Shown: positions 1 to 10,221, counted from the first letter of the stretch. The stretch is DNA of 64,000 nt from Trueperaceae bacterium (GCA_965213925.1 OZ243927.1:2784001-2848000), one strand, 5' to 3'. The notes: a model not told the origin generated them from the letters alone. Program-made: numbers and translations.

Positions 1-924
1 GTGGGCTAGAATACCGTCGATACTTACCCTAGCTTTCGAATTGGTAGGGTATTCCAAAACTTCACCCAATGTGCCTGAACTGCTCGCCGTGTCGCCTGTT
101 ACATATACGCTTTCACCGCTCACCGCTAAACCATGCACGCGCTCAATGACAACACTTCCAAAGATACGCTCCCAGAGCATCTCGCCTGAAGCGTTGAGCT
201 TTACTAAAAGGACGTCGACGCCTGTGGGAACAGTGCCCGGACGAAGCTCGACCTCTTCTAGCGAGTAGTAGCCCGTGAAGTAGACGTTCCCTTCGGCATC
301 GACGGTGAGCGCCCGTAGCGATTCCGAACCCCTGGTGCTAACGCTGAACTGACGTACCCAGAGCTGCTCACCTTGCGGGCTGTATTTGGCGACATAAGTA
401 TCACGGTCTCCTTGTACGTCCTCGACTAATGCACCCCCTATACTGCCCAAGAGGTAAACGTTGTTTTCTTGATCGATGAAGAGGTCAGACACCGCGTCCC
501 CTTTAGGTGAACCGAACTGCTGCCTCCACATCGGCTTACCCTCACGGTACTTTGCGAGATAGACATCCATCTCGCCCCGATGCTCCGCGTAGAGGCTCCT
601 GCTCGTCCGACCTGCGACGATCAGGTCGCCTGCGCTGTCAAAGGCGACCTCGCTCACGGGTGTGTCACGCTCAAAAGTCAAAGTTTCCAGCCACTGCTGC
701 TCCCCGTCCGGCGAATACTTGCTGTAAAACACGGTGTTGAGACCCGCTCGGCTCCAGGTATTAGGGTAGGAGGCGCGACCGGCGACGAGCACCTCGCCCG
801 CTTCGTTGACAGCTAAGGCGTCGCCCGACGAGAGGGCATGTTGGGTTCCGTTCTGGGCAAAACTTAGGCTGAGCAAGCAGAGGATGAGCGTTACAACGGT
901 GCGGAGCAGGCGGTTGACGAGCAT
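1..924 (-). CDS. Secreted SBBP-repeat beta-propeller protein, truncated by the window edge
   Basis: Not in the ORF track; translated by hand. ATG at 924 with GGAGG RBS, signal-peptide-like MLVNRLLRTVVTLILCLLSLSFAQ, and repeated SBBP-like units such as YVAKYSPQGEQLWVRQF and LTVDAEGNVYFTG. Frame runs off base 1. Confidence 0.8.
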   Translation of the reverse strand, partial: MLVNRLLRTVVTLILCLLSLSFAQNGTQHALSSGDALAVNEAGEVLVAGRASYPNTWSRAGLNTVFYSKYSPDGEQQWLETLTFERDTPVSEVAFDSAGDLIVAGRTSRSLYAEHRGEMDVYLAKYREGKPMWRQQFGSPKGDAVSDLFIDQENNVYLLGSIGGALVEDVQGDRDTYVAKYSPQGEQLWVRQFSVSTRGSESLRALTVDAEGNVYFTGYYSLEEVELRPGTVPTGVDVLLVKLNASGEMLWERIFGSVVIERVHGLAVSGESVYVTGDTASSSGTLGEVLEYPTNSKARVSIDGILAH

Positions 925-1147
925 GTGATACCCTCCGGGCAGCGTAGACGAAACTGAGTAGGCTCTCCATCCATCATGTCACAGAGGTCGCGTTCGGACG
1001 GTGCATTCGGCACGGAAGCCGTGCTTCGTTTAGTCTCGATGTTGTGCACGAAACCTCGAGGCTCAGCGACAATGTGACCGCGAGTCGCGCGCCGAGGTCG
1101 GGCTTCTCTGCACCAATGCCGGTATGTACGCTTGTTACACTGCCCTG

Positions 1148-1693
1148 ATGAGAGACAAAACCCACCAGACTGCGCTCGTTATCATTCCGCCTGAAGAGGT
1201 GTGGGAGCCTATCCAGGAGATTCGGCGCGTTCACGATAAGCAAGTGAAGCGCTGGATGCCCCACATCACGCTGCTCTACCCGTTTTTCCCCAAAGTCAAG
1301 TTCACCGAGGCGGCGGGGCAGCTCGCGCCCGTCGGGTGGGACATCACGCCCTTCGAGGTTACGTTAGCGACGTTCGACACGTTTCAGCATGGCAGGGGCA
1401 GCTACAGCGTCTGGTTGCGCCCCGAGCCAGCGGAAAAGGTCATCGACCTGCAGACGAAACTGTGGCGAGCCGCCCCCGCCTACAGCGAGACGCGCTCCTT
1501 TGCGGGCGGCTTTACGCCGCACCTGAGCGTCGGACAGGTGCAGGGGCGAGGCGCGAAGAACGACCTCTTGAAGCGGCTGCAAGCGGACTGGGAGCCGCTC
1601 TCGTTCAAGGTGGACGCGGTGAGTTTTATCTCGAGAAAGACCCCGCCCAACGACACTTTTCAGGTGGACAGGCGCATCGTTTTAGAGGGCTAA
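1148..1693 (+). CDS. 2H phosphoesterase / 2'-5' RNA ligase family protein
   Basis: Two HxT/S motifs (PHITL, PHLSV). TACACT box 6 nt before ATG 1148. Confidence 0.85.
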   Translation: MRDKTHQTALVIIPPEEVWEPIQEIRRVHDKQVKRWMPHITLLYPFFPKVKFTEAAGQLAPVGWDITPFEVTLATFDTFQHGRGSYSVWLRPEPAEKVIDLQTKLWRAAPAYSETRSFAGGFTPHLSVGQVQGRGAKNDLLKRLQADWEPLSFKVDAVSFISRKTPPNDTFQVDRRIVLEG

Positions 1694-2522
1694 TTAGAGC
1701 GCTGAGTGCAGGAGATGCAAGAGCGTCTCGTGCCCTTTGCCGTGCGGCTTCGTGACCTCGTGGTCGGCGCTGAACTCGTGCAGCGTGACGGGGCCGGCGA
1801 GCCGGCGTCAGAAGCGTTGCGCGTGTCTTTGGGCGTCACCGTCGTGTCGTCGAATCCCTTGCAAGATGCGCGTGGGCGCGTTCACGCGCGTCAGCGACGT
1901 GGTAGGCAGCGAACGCCCGAGCTTGCGCAGTTCGTCCACCGAAGAGGTCGGCAAAACGACCTCTTCGCGCAGCCGCCGCTGCACCTCGGCGTCGTCCAGG
2001 TCAACGCCCGGCAGCCGCCGCTCGAACTGTTGACGCACGGCTGCGTCGGCAAAGTCAGCCTTTCCGAACGGTCTGAGGGTCGGCATCACATATTTGACGA
2101 GGGGCAAGAGGCGCGTGCGCGGGTCGTTCATGCGCCAGAACGGGGCGATGAGCACGAGCTGATCGGGCGGACAGGACAGCCGCGAGGTGGAGCGCGAGGG
2201 CTCCGCCCATCGAGAAACCTATGAGCAGCGTTCGCTGCGTTTCTACTCCCGCTTCGTCGTCAGTCTGGAGCGCTCGCCAGTGTTCCAAAGCGGCGCTGCG
2301 CCAATCTTCCCAGCGCTTCTCGCCGAGGCGGGGTATGTCCATACCGAAGCCCGGCAAGAGGGGCGCGGTCGCCCTGTAGCCGCTCGAGCCGAGCATCTGG
2401 GCGACCCCGCGCAGCTCCGCGGGCGTGCCGGGAAAGCCGTGTAGTAGGAGCGCCCTTCGGGAACCGTTGCCGAGCGTAAAGGTCTGGTGTTCGGGTGCGC
2501 CGTAAAAGGTAGCTGCGTCCAC
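1694..2522 (-). pseudogene. Alpha/beta hydrolase (carboxylesterase-like), multiply frameshifted (pseudogene or sequence error)
   Basis: LLLHGF and GFSMGG lie in ORF 2055-2522, the continuation in ORF 1808-2155, and QG-FDDTTV and ADHEV in further frames. At least 3 frameshifts (~2175, ~1857, ~1790-1815). Confidence 0.7.
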
Positions 2523-2625
2523 CCCGTCATGGTGTCATACCGAGTATTCAGTTCACAGCGGGCGTGAACGCGGTTTGGACGCTCAACCTTACGCGCGGTG
2601 ACTGTGACCACCTCGCCGAACGGCG

Positions 2626-3532
2626 CTAGAGCGTAAGCTGCTCGCCGAACCTTCTGTCCCATTCGGGCGGAGAGAAGGGACCTACGCCTGCTTCCGGATG
2701 AAAGGTCAGCTCGCCGAAATAGATGTCGCCCTCGATGTTATAAAAGTCAACCCTCACGAGGCGAAAGTCTTGGGCGACCGTCTCTGCGAGCGCCTTCATC
2801 TCGTCGAACTTGGGCGGCGCGGGGATGTCCGGACCGTTCTCGTACTTCCACGCGCAGTCGATGAAGGTCCAGTCCGGGTCATAGAGGTTGCGCTTGTGTC
2901 CGGTGAATCTATCTAAGTCGACCTGGATAAACGCCACTTTGCCGTTGAAGCAGTGGAATTTGTAGTCGTTGGGAACGTCAGAGCCCTCGAGCAGGAGCTT
3001 CTCTACGACGATGCGCGGCTCGATATTCTTGTACTGCCACTCCTTCCAGCGGTGGTAGTAGTTCCTTTTGAGCTGCGTGCGCAGTGACTTGCGGACGGCT
3101 TCAAAGTCGACGTGTGACTTGTCCCTGACGATAAAGGCTCCGCCGCCGCTATTGTGGTTCGTCTTGATGATGTGCGGCGTGTCGGGCAGATTTTCAGGTT
3201 TGATGTCAGCCGGGTCTTGCGTGTGAAAGAGTAGGGGGACGAGGTAGGCTTCGCCCAGCTTTTCCTTTATGTAGTCTCGCACGGCGTACTTGTCGGCGCA
3301 TACCGTATGGAGCGGTTTTCTTTCGTTCAGCTTGAGCCACGTGATCTTTTCGTTTAAGGTCTTAGGGATTGTCCAAGTCCGGCTCGTACCCTAGCCTATT
3401 TCGGAACGCCTGCTTGATAAACACTTTTTCGGGAATCAGCGGGACGATGCGAAAGAGGTACACGTCGCTGAGCACCTTAAAAAGGGGGGTCAACAAGGGT
3501 CCAACTCTCGAGTTTTTAAGGGACCTAACCAC
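2626..3532 (-). pseudogene. TupA-like ATP-grasp protein with one frameshift near 3366
   Basis: DYKFHCFNGK, VRVDFY and YFGELTFHP motifs. The N-terminal LDNPKTLNEKITWLKL is split by one extra C in a CCC run. Confidence 0.75.
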
Positions 3533-3983
3533 GTTTCACGCTTCCTTTCTACCCATCTTGAAACTCGCTGGAAGGATGCTCACAGTCCCTTCAAGACGTT
3601 TTTGCAACCCTCTCATACGTAAAATACGCGACCTTACCACTCAACGTTGAGGGCGAACTCACACCGATAAGCGAGCACAGAACGCTAAGATCAGTTCTCA
3701 GAACAAATCGTTCTAATCAACCGTTGAAAAGCGTCGAGGTGAGGGTAGGTACTCAGGGCGGCTAGCCGCCCTAAATGCCTCATCTACTCGTCCAGTCAGC
3801 ATACAATAGGAAATTTTTGGGGCGCGTGGACCTGGTACATTTTTCTCGCCTCGCCGCAATGATGAGGTGTTGATGAAGCCGCCGCGTTACGTTAGTGATT
3901 GCCGCCGTGCGCCAATGCACGTTACACTGAAGATGCTATGCTCTCTCATCTGATTAAGCCAGCGGGCGCTTAGGATACTAGTA

Positions 3984-4685
3984 ATGGACCTTCTTCGCAG
4001 CGGCGGACCTGTACTCATCGCTATTTTGCTCATCTCTTTATACGCGCTCTACCTCTTTATCGAGCGCCTTCTCAAGCTCTCTAAAGAACGCATGGACGTC
4101 GACAAGCTGATGGCGCGCGTCAACGCCGCCGTGCGCGAGCGCAACCTCGAGATGGCGCTCGTCGCCTGTGAGAATCACGGCGGACCGATCGCGAGGGTCT
4201 TAAAGGCCGCTCTGACGCGCCTGCCTTATGGACGCGCCGCCGTCGAAGCCGCCTTTCAGGAGGCGACCTTGGGCGAAGAGCAGCGGCTCACGAAAGGCCT
4301 GCGTCCGCTCGGCACCATCGCGCAGATCGCGCCGCTCTTGGGGCTTTTAGGAACCGTTACGGGCATGATCATCGCGTTTTCAGAGATTTCGCAGCAGGGT
4401 ACGGGCAACCCCGCCGCCTTAGCCGACGGCATCGGGCAGGCGCTCGTGACCACCGCGGCGGGTCTTATCGTGGCGATCCCCTCCCTTATCGGGTATAACT
4501 ACCTCTCGAGCCGCGTGGACAATATCCTCCTAGAGATCGAGCGCCGCCGCGAAGAGCTGATGGGCAACGTGGTCGAGGTGGTTTCGGGGCGCAAGGAGCG
4601 GCGCGGCGAAGGAGCCGACGCCGAGATGAACCGAGACGATACAGTGAGAGACGAGGACGACTATGAACCGGTTCGGGCGTCTTAG
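3984..4685 (+). CDS. exbB: MotA/TolQ/ExbB proton-channel family protein
   Basis: IAPLLGLLGTVTGMI and GIGQALVTTAAGL motifs; 3 predicted TM segments. Confidence 0.92.
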   Translation: MDLLRSGGPVLIAILLISLYALYLFIERLLKLSKERMDVDKLMARVNAAVRERNLEMALVACENHGGPIARVLKAALTRLPYGRAAVEAAFQEATLGEEQRLTKGLRPLGTIAQIAPLLGLLGTVTGMIIAFSEISQQGTGNPAALADGIGQALVTTAAGLIVAIPSLIGYNYLSSRVDNILLEIERRREELMGNVVEVVSGRKERRGEGADAEMNRDDTVRDEDDYEPVRAS

Positions 4686-5076
4686 CCGCAGGAACCGCAC
4701 GGGCCTAGGGCTCGACCTCACGCCGATGGTGGACGTGGTGTTCTTGCTCGTCATCTTCTTCATGGTCTCGACGACGTTTATCACGCTCGAGTCGGGGCTG
4801 CCCGTCGACTTGCCCCAAGCGCAGAGCAGCCAGGCGCAGTCGTCGGAACTGCCGACGGTGACTATCAATCAAGACGACCAGATTTTCGTGGGCGGCTCGC
4901 AGGTCGCCGAGGGCGACCTCGTCGCGGTGCTCCGCGAGGTCTTGGCGTCGAGCGCCTCGGACACGGTGGTGCTCCGCGCCGACCAGTCCGTGCGCTACGG
5001 CTTGCCGGTGCGGGTGATGGACCTGATCAAACAAGCCGGGGCGCAGCGCGTCGCCATCGCGACGGGTGGCAACTAG
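4663..5076 (+). CDS. exbD: ExbD/TolR family protein
   Basis: LTPMVDVVFLLVIFFMV (conserved TM Asp) and LRADQSVRYG motif; overlaps exbB. Confidence 0.92.
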   Translation: MNRFGRLSRRNRTGLGLDLTPMVDVVFLLVIFFMVSTTFITLESGLPVDLPQAQSSQAQSSELPTVTINQDDQIFVGGSQVAEGDLVAVLREVLASSASDTVVLRADQSVRYGLPVRVMDLIKQAGAQRVAIATGGN

Positions 5077-7009
5077 AAACGTGCGACGCAGGAACTATCG
5101 GGAGAACGAACGGAGCTTCTGGCGCGACAAGGAGAAGCGGCGAGCCTTCCTCCTGTCGCTTCTCCTACATCTGGGGGGAATCTTTCTAATCATCTACGCC
5201 TACGTCACGCCGACGCCCCTGGAGCCCGAAAACTTCATCGTGTTAGAACTTGGTCCGAGCGAACAAGCGGACACGAACGACGCGGCAGCCGCCGCCGACC
5301 CCGCCCCGCAAGCGGCAGAGCCGGAAGTGGCGAGCGAGGCGGCGGGTGCGCCGCGCACGCCGACCGCTGCGCCTACGCCGGAGGCGTCAGCCGCGCCCCA
5401 AGCACAAACGCAACCGGCGCAGGACCCGACCCCAGCCGCCCCGCCAGCGCCCCAAGCGAGCGTGCCCGCGCCGCGCGCCGAGCCGCTCGACTTGCCGCCA
5501 CAAGAGGCTGCGGCGACGCTACCCGAGGTCGAGGAGGTGGAACTCGAGCCCCAACCCCTCGCCGAAGCCATCCCCGTACCGCGGCCCAGCGCCGCCGCGA
5601 ACGTGCCCGAAGCGCGCTCGGTTGCCGCGACCCCCCGAGTTCAGGTCGCCGCCCGCGTCGCCGTGCCCGAGCCCAGCGCGCAGGTCGCTGTCGCCGCCGA
5701 GCAGAGCGTGCCGACGCCCCAGGCGCAGGCGTCCGTCGCCGCAGCGAGACCCGTGCCGACGCCCGACGTGAGCGCGAGCGTGCCCGAACGGGCCATCCCC
5801 CAGCCGCAAGCCCAGGCGTCCGTGCCGAGTGCGCAGAGTGTGCCAACACCCCAAGTTGCGGTCGCGGTGCCGACCCCGAGGGCGTTAGCAGTCACGCCAG
5901 GCGTGCAGGTGGCTGAAGCGGAAAGCATCCCGAGCCCGCAAGTCACTGTGGCGGCGGAAGTGCCCGAGACGCCCAGCCAAGCCGCTGAAACGGCCGAAGC
6001 GTCCCAGTCCGGCGACCAGGCCGCGCAGAGAGAGGTCGACGCCGTCGGCGGCAACGCGCCCGACACCGGGCAGACGCAAGTTCAGGACGCCGCGCAAGCG
6101 GACAACGCGGGCGCGGCGAGCGCGCCCGAAGCTTTGAGCGCGCCGCCAGCCGGAGCCCCGGCGAGCCGCACGCCCTACGAGGTGCGCCGCACCCAGCCCA
6201 TCGCGGTGGTCCTGGACAACGCGCTCGGCTACCCGCAGACGGGCTTACGCGAGGCCTCCGCCGTGTTCGAGATGCCCGTGGAGGGCGGGCTGACGCGGCT
6301 CATGAGCGTCTACAACAACCCCAACAGCACGCCCCGCGAGGTCGGTCCGATCCGCAGCGCGAGGGAGTACTTCGTCGCGGCGGCGAGCGCGATGGACGGC
6401 ACGCTCGTTCACGTCGGCGGCTCGCCGAGTGCCTTGAGCGACATCGCCAGAGGACGCACGACCTTGGACGCCTTGGAGCAAAGTGAGCCCTTCTTCGTCG
6501 CGAGCAGCCAGCGCGCACCTTACAGCACCTACGCCAGCGGCAGCGCACTCCGGCAGGCCATCGCCCGCCTCGAGCTAGACGCTTCGCGCGTCCTGCGCGG
6601 CTCCGCGTACCGCCCCGCCGATAACGCGCCCGGCGCGGCGAGCGTGTCGGTGAACTACTCGGCGGACTACTCGAGCGGCTTTCGCTACGTCTCGTCGCTC
6701 GGTCAGTACCGCTGGCTCAGAAACGGCGCGGACGCCTCCGACGCGGGCGGCGAGGACGTGCTCGTCGACGCGGTCGTCACCGCGCAGGTCACGGCGTTCC
6801 CCTACCCCGGCGACCCCGAAGGCCGCCTCTACTTGCCCTACAGCGGCGGCGACGCGACCCTCTTCTTGCGCGGCAAGGAGATTCCCGGCACCTGGAGCCC
6901 CAGGGACGGTTTCAGCTTCTTCGCCGAAGACGGCGAGGCTATCGACTTAGCGCCCTACAAGCACTGGATTCTCTTCGCGCCGGAGTACGCCGAAGTCACT
7001 ACGGGCTGA
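5066..7009 (+). CDS. TonB/TolA-like membrane-anchored protein with Pro/Ala-rich linker and C-terminal DUF3048 (YerB-like) domain
   Basis: TM with SxxxH (SLLLH), about 320 aa of P/A/Q/V-rich linker, then PIAVVLDN..PQTGL..A..VFEMPVEGGLTRL..VGPIRSAR, which is typical of DUF3048. Confidence 0.8.
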   Translation: MATRNVRRRNYRENERSFWRDKEKRRAFLLSLLLHLGGIFLIIYAYVTPTPLEPENFIVLELGPSEQADTNDAAAAADPAPQAAEPEVASEAAGAPRTPTAAPTPEASAAPQAQTQPAQDPTPAAPPAPQASVPAPRAEPLDLPPQEAAATLPEVEEVELEPQPLAEAIPVPRPSAAANVPEARSVAATPRVQVAARVAVPEPSAQVAVAAEQSVPTPQAQASVAAARPVPTPDVSASVPERAIPQPQAQASVPSAQSVPTPQVAVAVPTPRALAVTPGVQVAEAESIPSPQVTVAAEVPETPSQAAETAEASQSGDQAAQREVDAVGGNAPDTGQTQVQDAAQADNAGAASAPEALSAPPAGAPASRTPYEVRRTQPIAVVLDNALGYPQTGLREASAVFEMPVEGGLTRLMSVYNNPNSTPREVGPIRSAREYFVAAASAMDGTLVHVGGSPSALSDIARGRTTLDALEQSEPFFVASSQRAPYSTYASGSALRQAIARLELDASRVLRGSAYRPADNAPGAASVSVNYSADYSSGFRYVSSLGQYRWLRNGADASDAGGEDVLVDAVVTAQVTAFPYPGDPEGRLYLPYSGGDATLFLRGKEIPGTWSPRDGFSFFAEDGEAIDLAPYKHWILFAPEYAEVTTG

Positions 7010-7013
7010 CCCC

Positions 7014-7826
7014 CTACGCGCGCCACCTCGCGAGGCAGCGCTCAGCCTCCCCCGCCAACCACGCACCAAACGCCTCGACGAAAAGCTCACTCTCCGGGTT
7101 TACTTCGGGCTTGATCGCTAGCTCGAGCGCTCTATACATCTCCCCTTTATGCGCGGGATAGTGTTTCGCGAAGCTCTCGTAACAGAGATAAAGGTCGCGG
7201 GTGTAGCGCCTCTCTTCTATCATCACCAGTTCCATCCCCAAGCGGAGAAAGCGCCGCATCAGCCAGACCAAAAAGTTAGCCTTTTCCGCCTCGGGTTCCT
7301 GCGGATACTCATCCAAGAAGAGGTCTAGGTGTTGCTGAAAGTGTTTAGTCTGAAAGGCGATACTATAGTCTAGCGCGTACGGCTCAATATCTCTCGCCAA
7401 ATCGTCGCCGTACACACAAGCGGCTTCCGTTTTGAGGATGAAGGTGTAGGGGTTGTCCCGCTCGAGGACGCCCGCGTACGCCTCGAGTCCTACTTCAACG
7501 CCAGCGACGAAAGGAAACGCGCTCTGAATAGCCTGCTCGACCTCTTCTGCCCAGACCTTCACCTCGTCATACGTCACCGTATTGTCCCAGCTAGGCTCCA
7601 TCACCGCGAAGCTGTCGATGTCAGACACATGCTCGACAGGCGTCCCCTTCGCCAAAGACCCTCGGACGTAGAGGCTGTGAAGGTTGGGCCACCGCTCGAG
7701 ATACGCCCGCTCTAACATCTGCACGGCTTCTAACCACGCGCCTTGAATATTGGCGGCGTCGCCGACGCTCTGTAAGTACCCCCGCGCGTCAACCTCTTGA
7801 TACTTGCCGATTCGCCTAATCTCCAC
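7014..7826 (-). CDS. Nucleotidyltransferase domain protein
   Basis: SLYVRGSLAKG...SDID is a pol-beta-type NTase motif. Start uncertain (7826 or 7859). Confidence 0.75.
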   Translation of the reverse strand: MEIRRIGKYQEVDARGYLQSVGDAANIQGAWLEAVQMLERAYLERWPNLHSLYVRGSLAKGTPVEHVSDIDSFAVMEPSWDNTVTYDEVKVWAEEVEQAIQSAFPFVAGVEVGLEAYAGVLERDNPYTFILKTEAACVYGDDLARDIEPYALDYSIAFQTKHFQQHLDLFLDEYPQEPEAEKANFLVWLMRRFLRLGMELVMIEERRYTRDLYLCYESFAKHYPAHKGEMYRALELAIKPEVNPESELFVEAFGAWLAGEAERCLARWRA

Positions 7827-7921
7827 GCTACTTCCTAGCCGGTGTGCCGCGTTGCGCAAGGGGAACTGTGCGGTGCTCGCACGGAGGATAGTTGCACACC
7901 CGCATGACGAGATACCTTCGC

Positions 7922-8602
7922 CTAGAGCGAATACCCACCCACCTCATCGTCGCGCACGACCTGACCATTTCTCAGCACGATGGTGCGGCGGCGGAGCTGG
8001 TCGACGAGTTCTCTGGCGTGCGTCGCCACGACGACGGTCGTTCCCTTGATGTTGAAATCGTTGAGCAGCTCTAAAATCTCCCAGCTCGTGTCGGGGTCCA
8101 AGTTGCCGGTGGGCTCGTCGCAGAGGAGCAGCGGCGGGTTGGTGACCATCGCCCGCGCGATGGCGACGCGCTGCTGCTCGCCCAAGGAGAGTTCGACGGG
8201 GAACGCTTTGCGTTTATGCGCCAGCGCGACCTGGCGCAGCGCCGCCAACGCCCGCTGCTCGTAGTTGCCGCGCTCGCCCACCGCCCTGAGCGCGAAGGTG
8301 AGGTTGTCCGCCGCGCTCAGGTGCGGCAAGAGGCGGTGGCTCTGAAAGACCATGCCGATCCTGCGGCGCAAGAGCGGCAGCCTGCGCTCGCGCAATTTGC
8401 TGAGGTCTTGCCCTAGAATATAGACGCTGCCCTCGGTCGGGTTGATGCGCCGCAGTAGTAGCGACAGCAGCGTCGACTTGCCCGCGCCCGAATGCCCGGT
8501 GATATAGAGAAACTCACCCTTCTGAATGCGGAAGTTGACATCTCTCAGCGCGTGCGTGTGGGTGCGCGGGTAGGTTTTGGTGACGCGGTGAAACTCGATC
8601 AC
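7922..8602 (-). CDS. ftsE: Cell division ATP-binding protein FtsE
   Basis: MIEFHRVTKTY, GHSGAGKST, LSLGEQQRVAIARA, DEPTGNLDP, and the C-terminal VRDD..GGY. Confidence 0.85.
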   Translation of the reverse strand: MIEFHRVTKTYPRTHTHALRDVNFRIQKGEFLYITGHSGAGKSTLLSLLLRRINPTEGSVYILGQDLSKLRERRLPLLRRRIGMVFQSHRLLPHLSAADNLTFALRAVGERGNYEQRALAALRQVALAHKRKAFPVELSLGEQQRVAIARAMVTNPPLLLCDEPTGNLDPDTSWEILELLNDFNIKGTTVVVATHARELVDQLRRRTIVLRNGQVVRDDEVGGYSL

Positions 8603-8665
8603 GTGCTTCTCCTTAGTCGTTGTCTATTACCATATCGTCTTGGCTGCGGTCGGAACACTTCGACT

Positions 8666-9595
8666 TTACGAATAGGCACGAATCGACGCTAAAAGCACCT
8701 CTAACGCCCTCTCCCGGTCGATGTCGTAAGCCACTTGGACGTTGCGAGTCGCCTCCTCTTTCACGCCGCGCTCGTCCACGACGGTCATGCCCCGCGTGTG
8801 CTGCCCCTGCGTCTCGACGCTGACGTGACGGGCTTCGAAGGTAAACAGCTCGGGATGGGTGAGCGCGAGCACCGCGCAGGGGTCGTGGAGCGGTCCCTCA
8901 GTGCGCCCGTAAAACTTCTCGGCGTAGGCGCGGCAGTAGAAATCCAGCATGTCCGCTGTAAAGGTCGCCGCCGCGTTTCCTAAAGCGCGAATCTCAGCGA
9001 TGTCTTCCTCGAGGATCATCCACCTATGCGTCACGTTGAGGCCCGACATGATGATCTTTGTACCACTGCCGAAGACCACTGCCGCCGCCTCCGGGTCTGC
9101 CCAGATATTGAATTCAGCCACGGGCGTGACGTTGCCGAAGCTCGCCGAGCCGCCCATGAGCGAAACACCCGCCAAGCGCTCCGCCAGGTCGGGCGCGCTG
9201 CGCAGCGCGAGCGCCACATTGGTCAGCGGACCCGTCGCGACGAGCCAGAGGTTTTCATGCGCCCGCGCGGTGTCGATGATGAAACGCACCGCGTCGCGGC
9301 TCTTGGCTTCGCGCTTTAAGTCTGGCAGGTCAGGACCACCTAAGCCCGTCTCGCCGTGGATAAACTCGGCGTGTTTGGGCTCCGCGACGAGCGGTCTCTT
9401 CGCGCCCGCATGAACGGGAACGTCTAACTCCAAAATCTGCGCGGTGATGAGCGCGTTTTGGGTGGTCAGCTCGAGCGGCACGTTGCCGCTGACCGCCGTG
9501 ACGCCTAAGACCTCGCAGTGCTGCGCGGCGACGAGCAGCGCGATGGCGTCGTCGTGACCGGGATCGCAATCTAAGATAATACGGGGTTTCGCCAT
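8666..9595 (-). CDS. Inosine-uridine preferring nucleoside hydrolase
   Basis: DCDPGHDD, TGPLTN, AEFNIWADPEAA and LHDP motifs. Confidence 0.93.
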   Translation of the reverse strand: MAKPRIILDCDPGHDDAIALLVAAQHCEVLGVTAVSGNVPLELTTQNALITAQILELDVPVHAGAKRPLVAEPKHAEFIHGETGLGGPDLPDLKREAKSRDAVRFIIDTARAHENLWLVATGPLTNVALALRSAPDLAERLAGVSLMGGSASFGNVTPVAEFNIWADPEAAAVVFGSGTKIIMSGLNVTHRWMILEEDIAEIRALGNAAATFTADMLDFYCRAYAEKFYGRTEGPLHDPCAVLALTHPELFTFEARHVSVETQGQHTRGMTVVDERGVKEEATRNVQVAYDIDRERALEVLLASIRAYS

Positions 9596-10023
9596 ACGTA
9601 CCTTTATACCTTGGACACGCTCAGCACGTCCGGTTTCTCGAACCTCCAGCACTCGAGTGAGGTTGCCGGTGAATAATAAGGATCATCCGGGGCACATAGT
9701 TTATCACTGTGCGAATCGCCCCTACGCCGCGCACTCCCTCGCTGAAAAAGATGATTGTGTGTTGAAGAGGTCGAGCACTATATTCTGATCGCGAAGTATA
9801 AAAATACTGCTGACACTCCCACTTGTACCCCTCACTTCGGTAAGCCCCACCCTAGTCAAGACCTACTTAACCGTACATAATGTTCCCTAACGAAGCGGGG
9901 GCGCTTTCATAGCTGAGCATCTTTTTTCACATTCAATGAGGCGAGGGGAAGAACTTCACACGCCGCCGCTGCTCTCTAGCGTTAAGGTGTGGAAAGTTTA
10001 TTCAGAAGAATGTTAGGGGAGCT

Positions 10024-10221
10024 ATGAAGGACACGCATAAAATCCTAGAGCAGTTGCAGATGGGCATCGTCTATGAGGCTGAGATCGGTAACGACCTAGA
10101 GGTGAGTGCTATCTGTCAACAGCTCGCCGACTTCAGCGACCAGGAACCGCACTTAGCGTCGCAGATCAGCGGTATTTTAACGTCGGTCAACGCTGACCGC
10201 AGCGGTGACCCTATTTGTTAG
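10024..10221 (+). CDS. Small hypothetical protein
   Basis: AGGGGAG RBS, followed by a hairpin at ~10250-10278. Confidence 0.5.
   Translation: MKDTHKILEQLQMGIVYEAEIGNDLEVSAICQQLADFSDQEPHLASQISGILTSVNADRSGDPIC

Noticed and set aside
5200..6548. Many overlapping alternative-frame ORFs (also across paa, the ABC genes and the ATPase)
   Set aside because: Shadow ORFs of GC-rich coding DNA; Arg/Ala/Ser-rich, with no motifs.
7014..7826. Nucleotidyltransferase as a CBASS cyclase or MNT-HEPN antitoxin
   Set aside because: No adjacent effector or HEPN gene, and no CD-NTase-specific features recognised.
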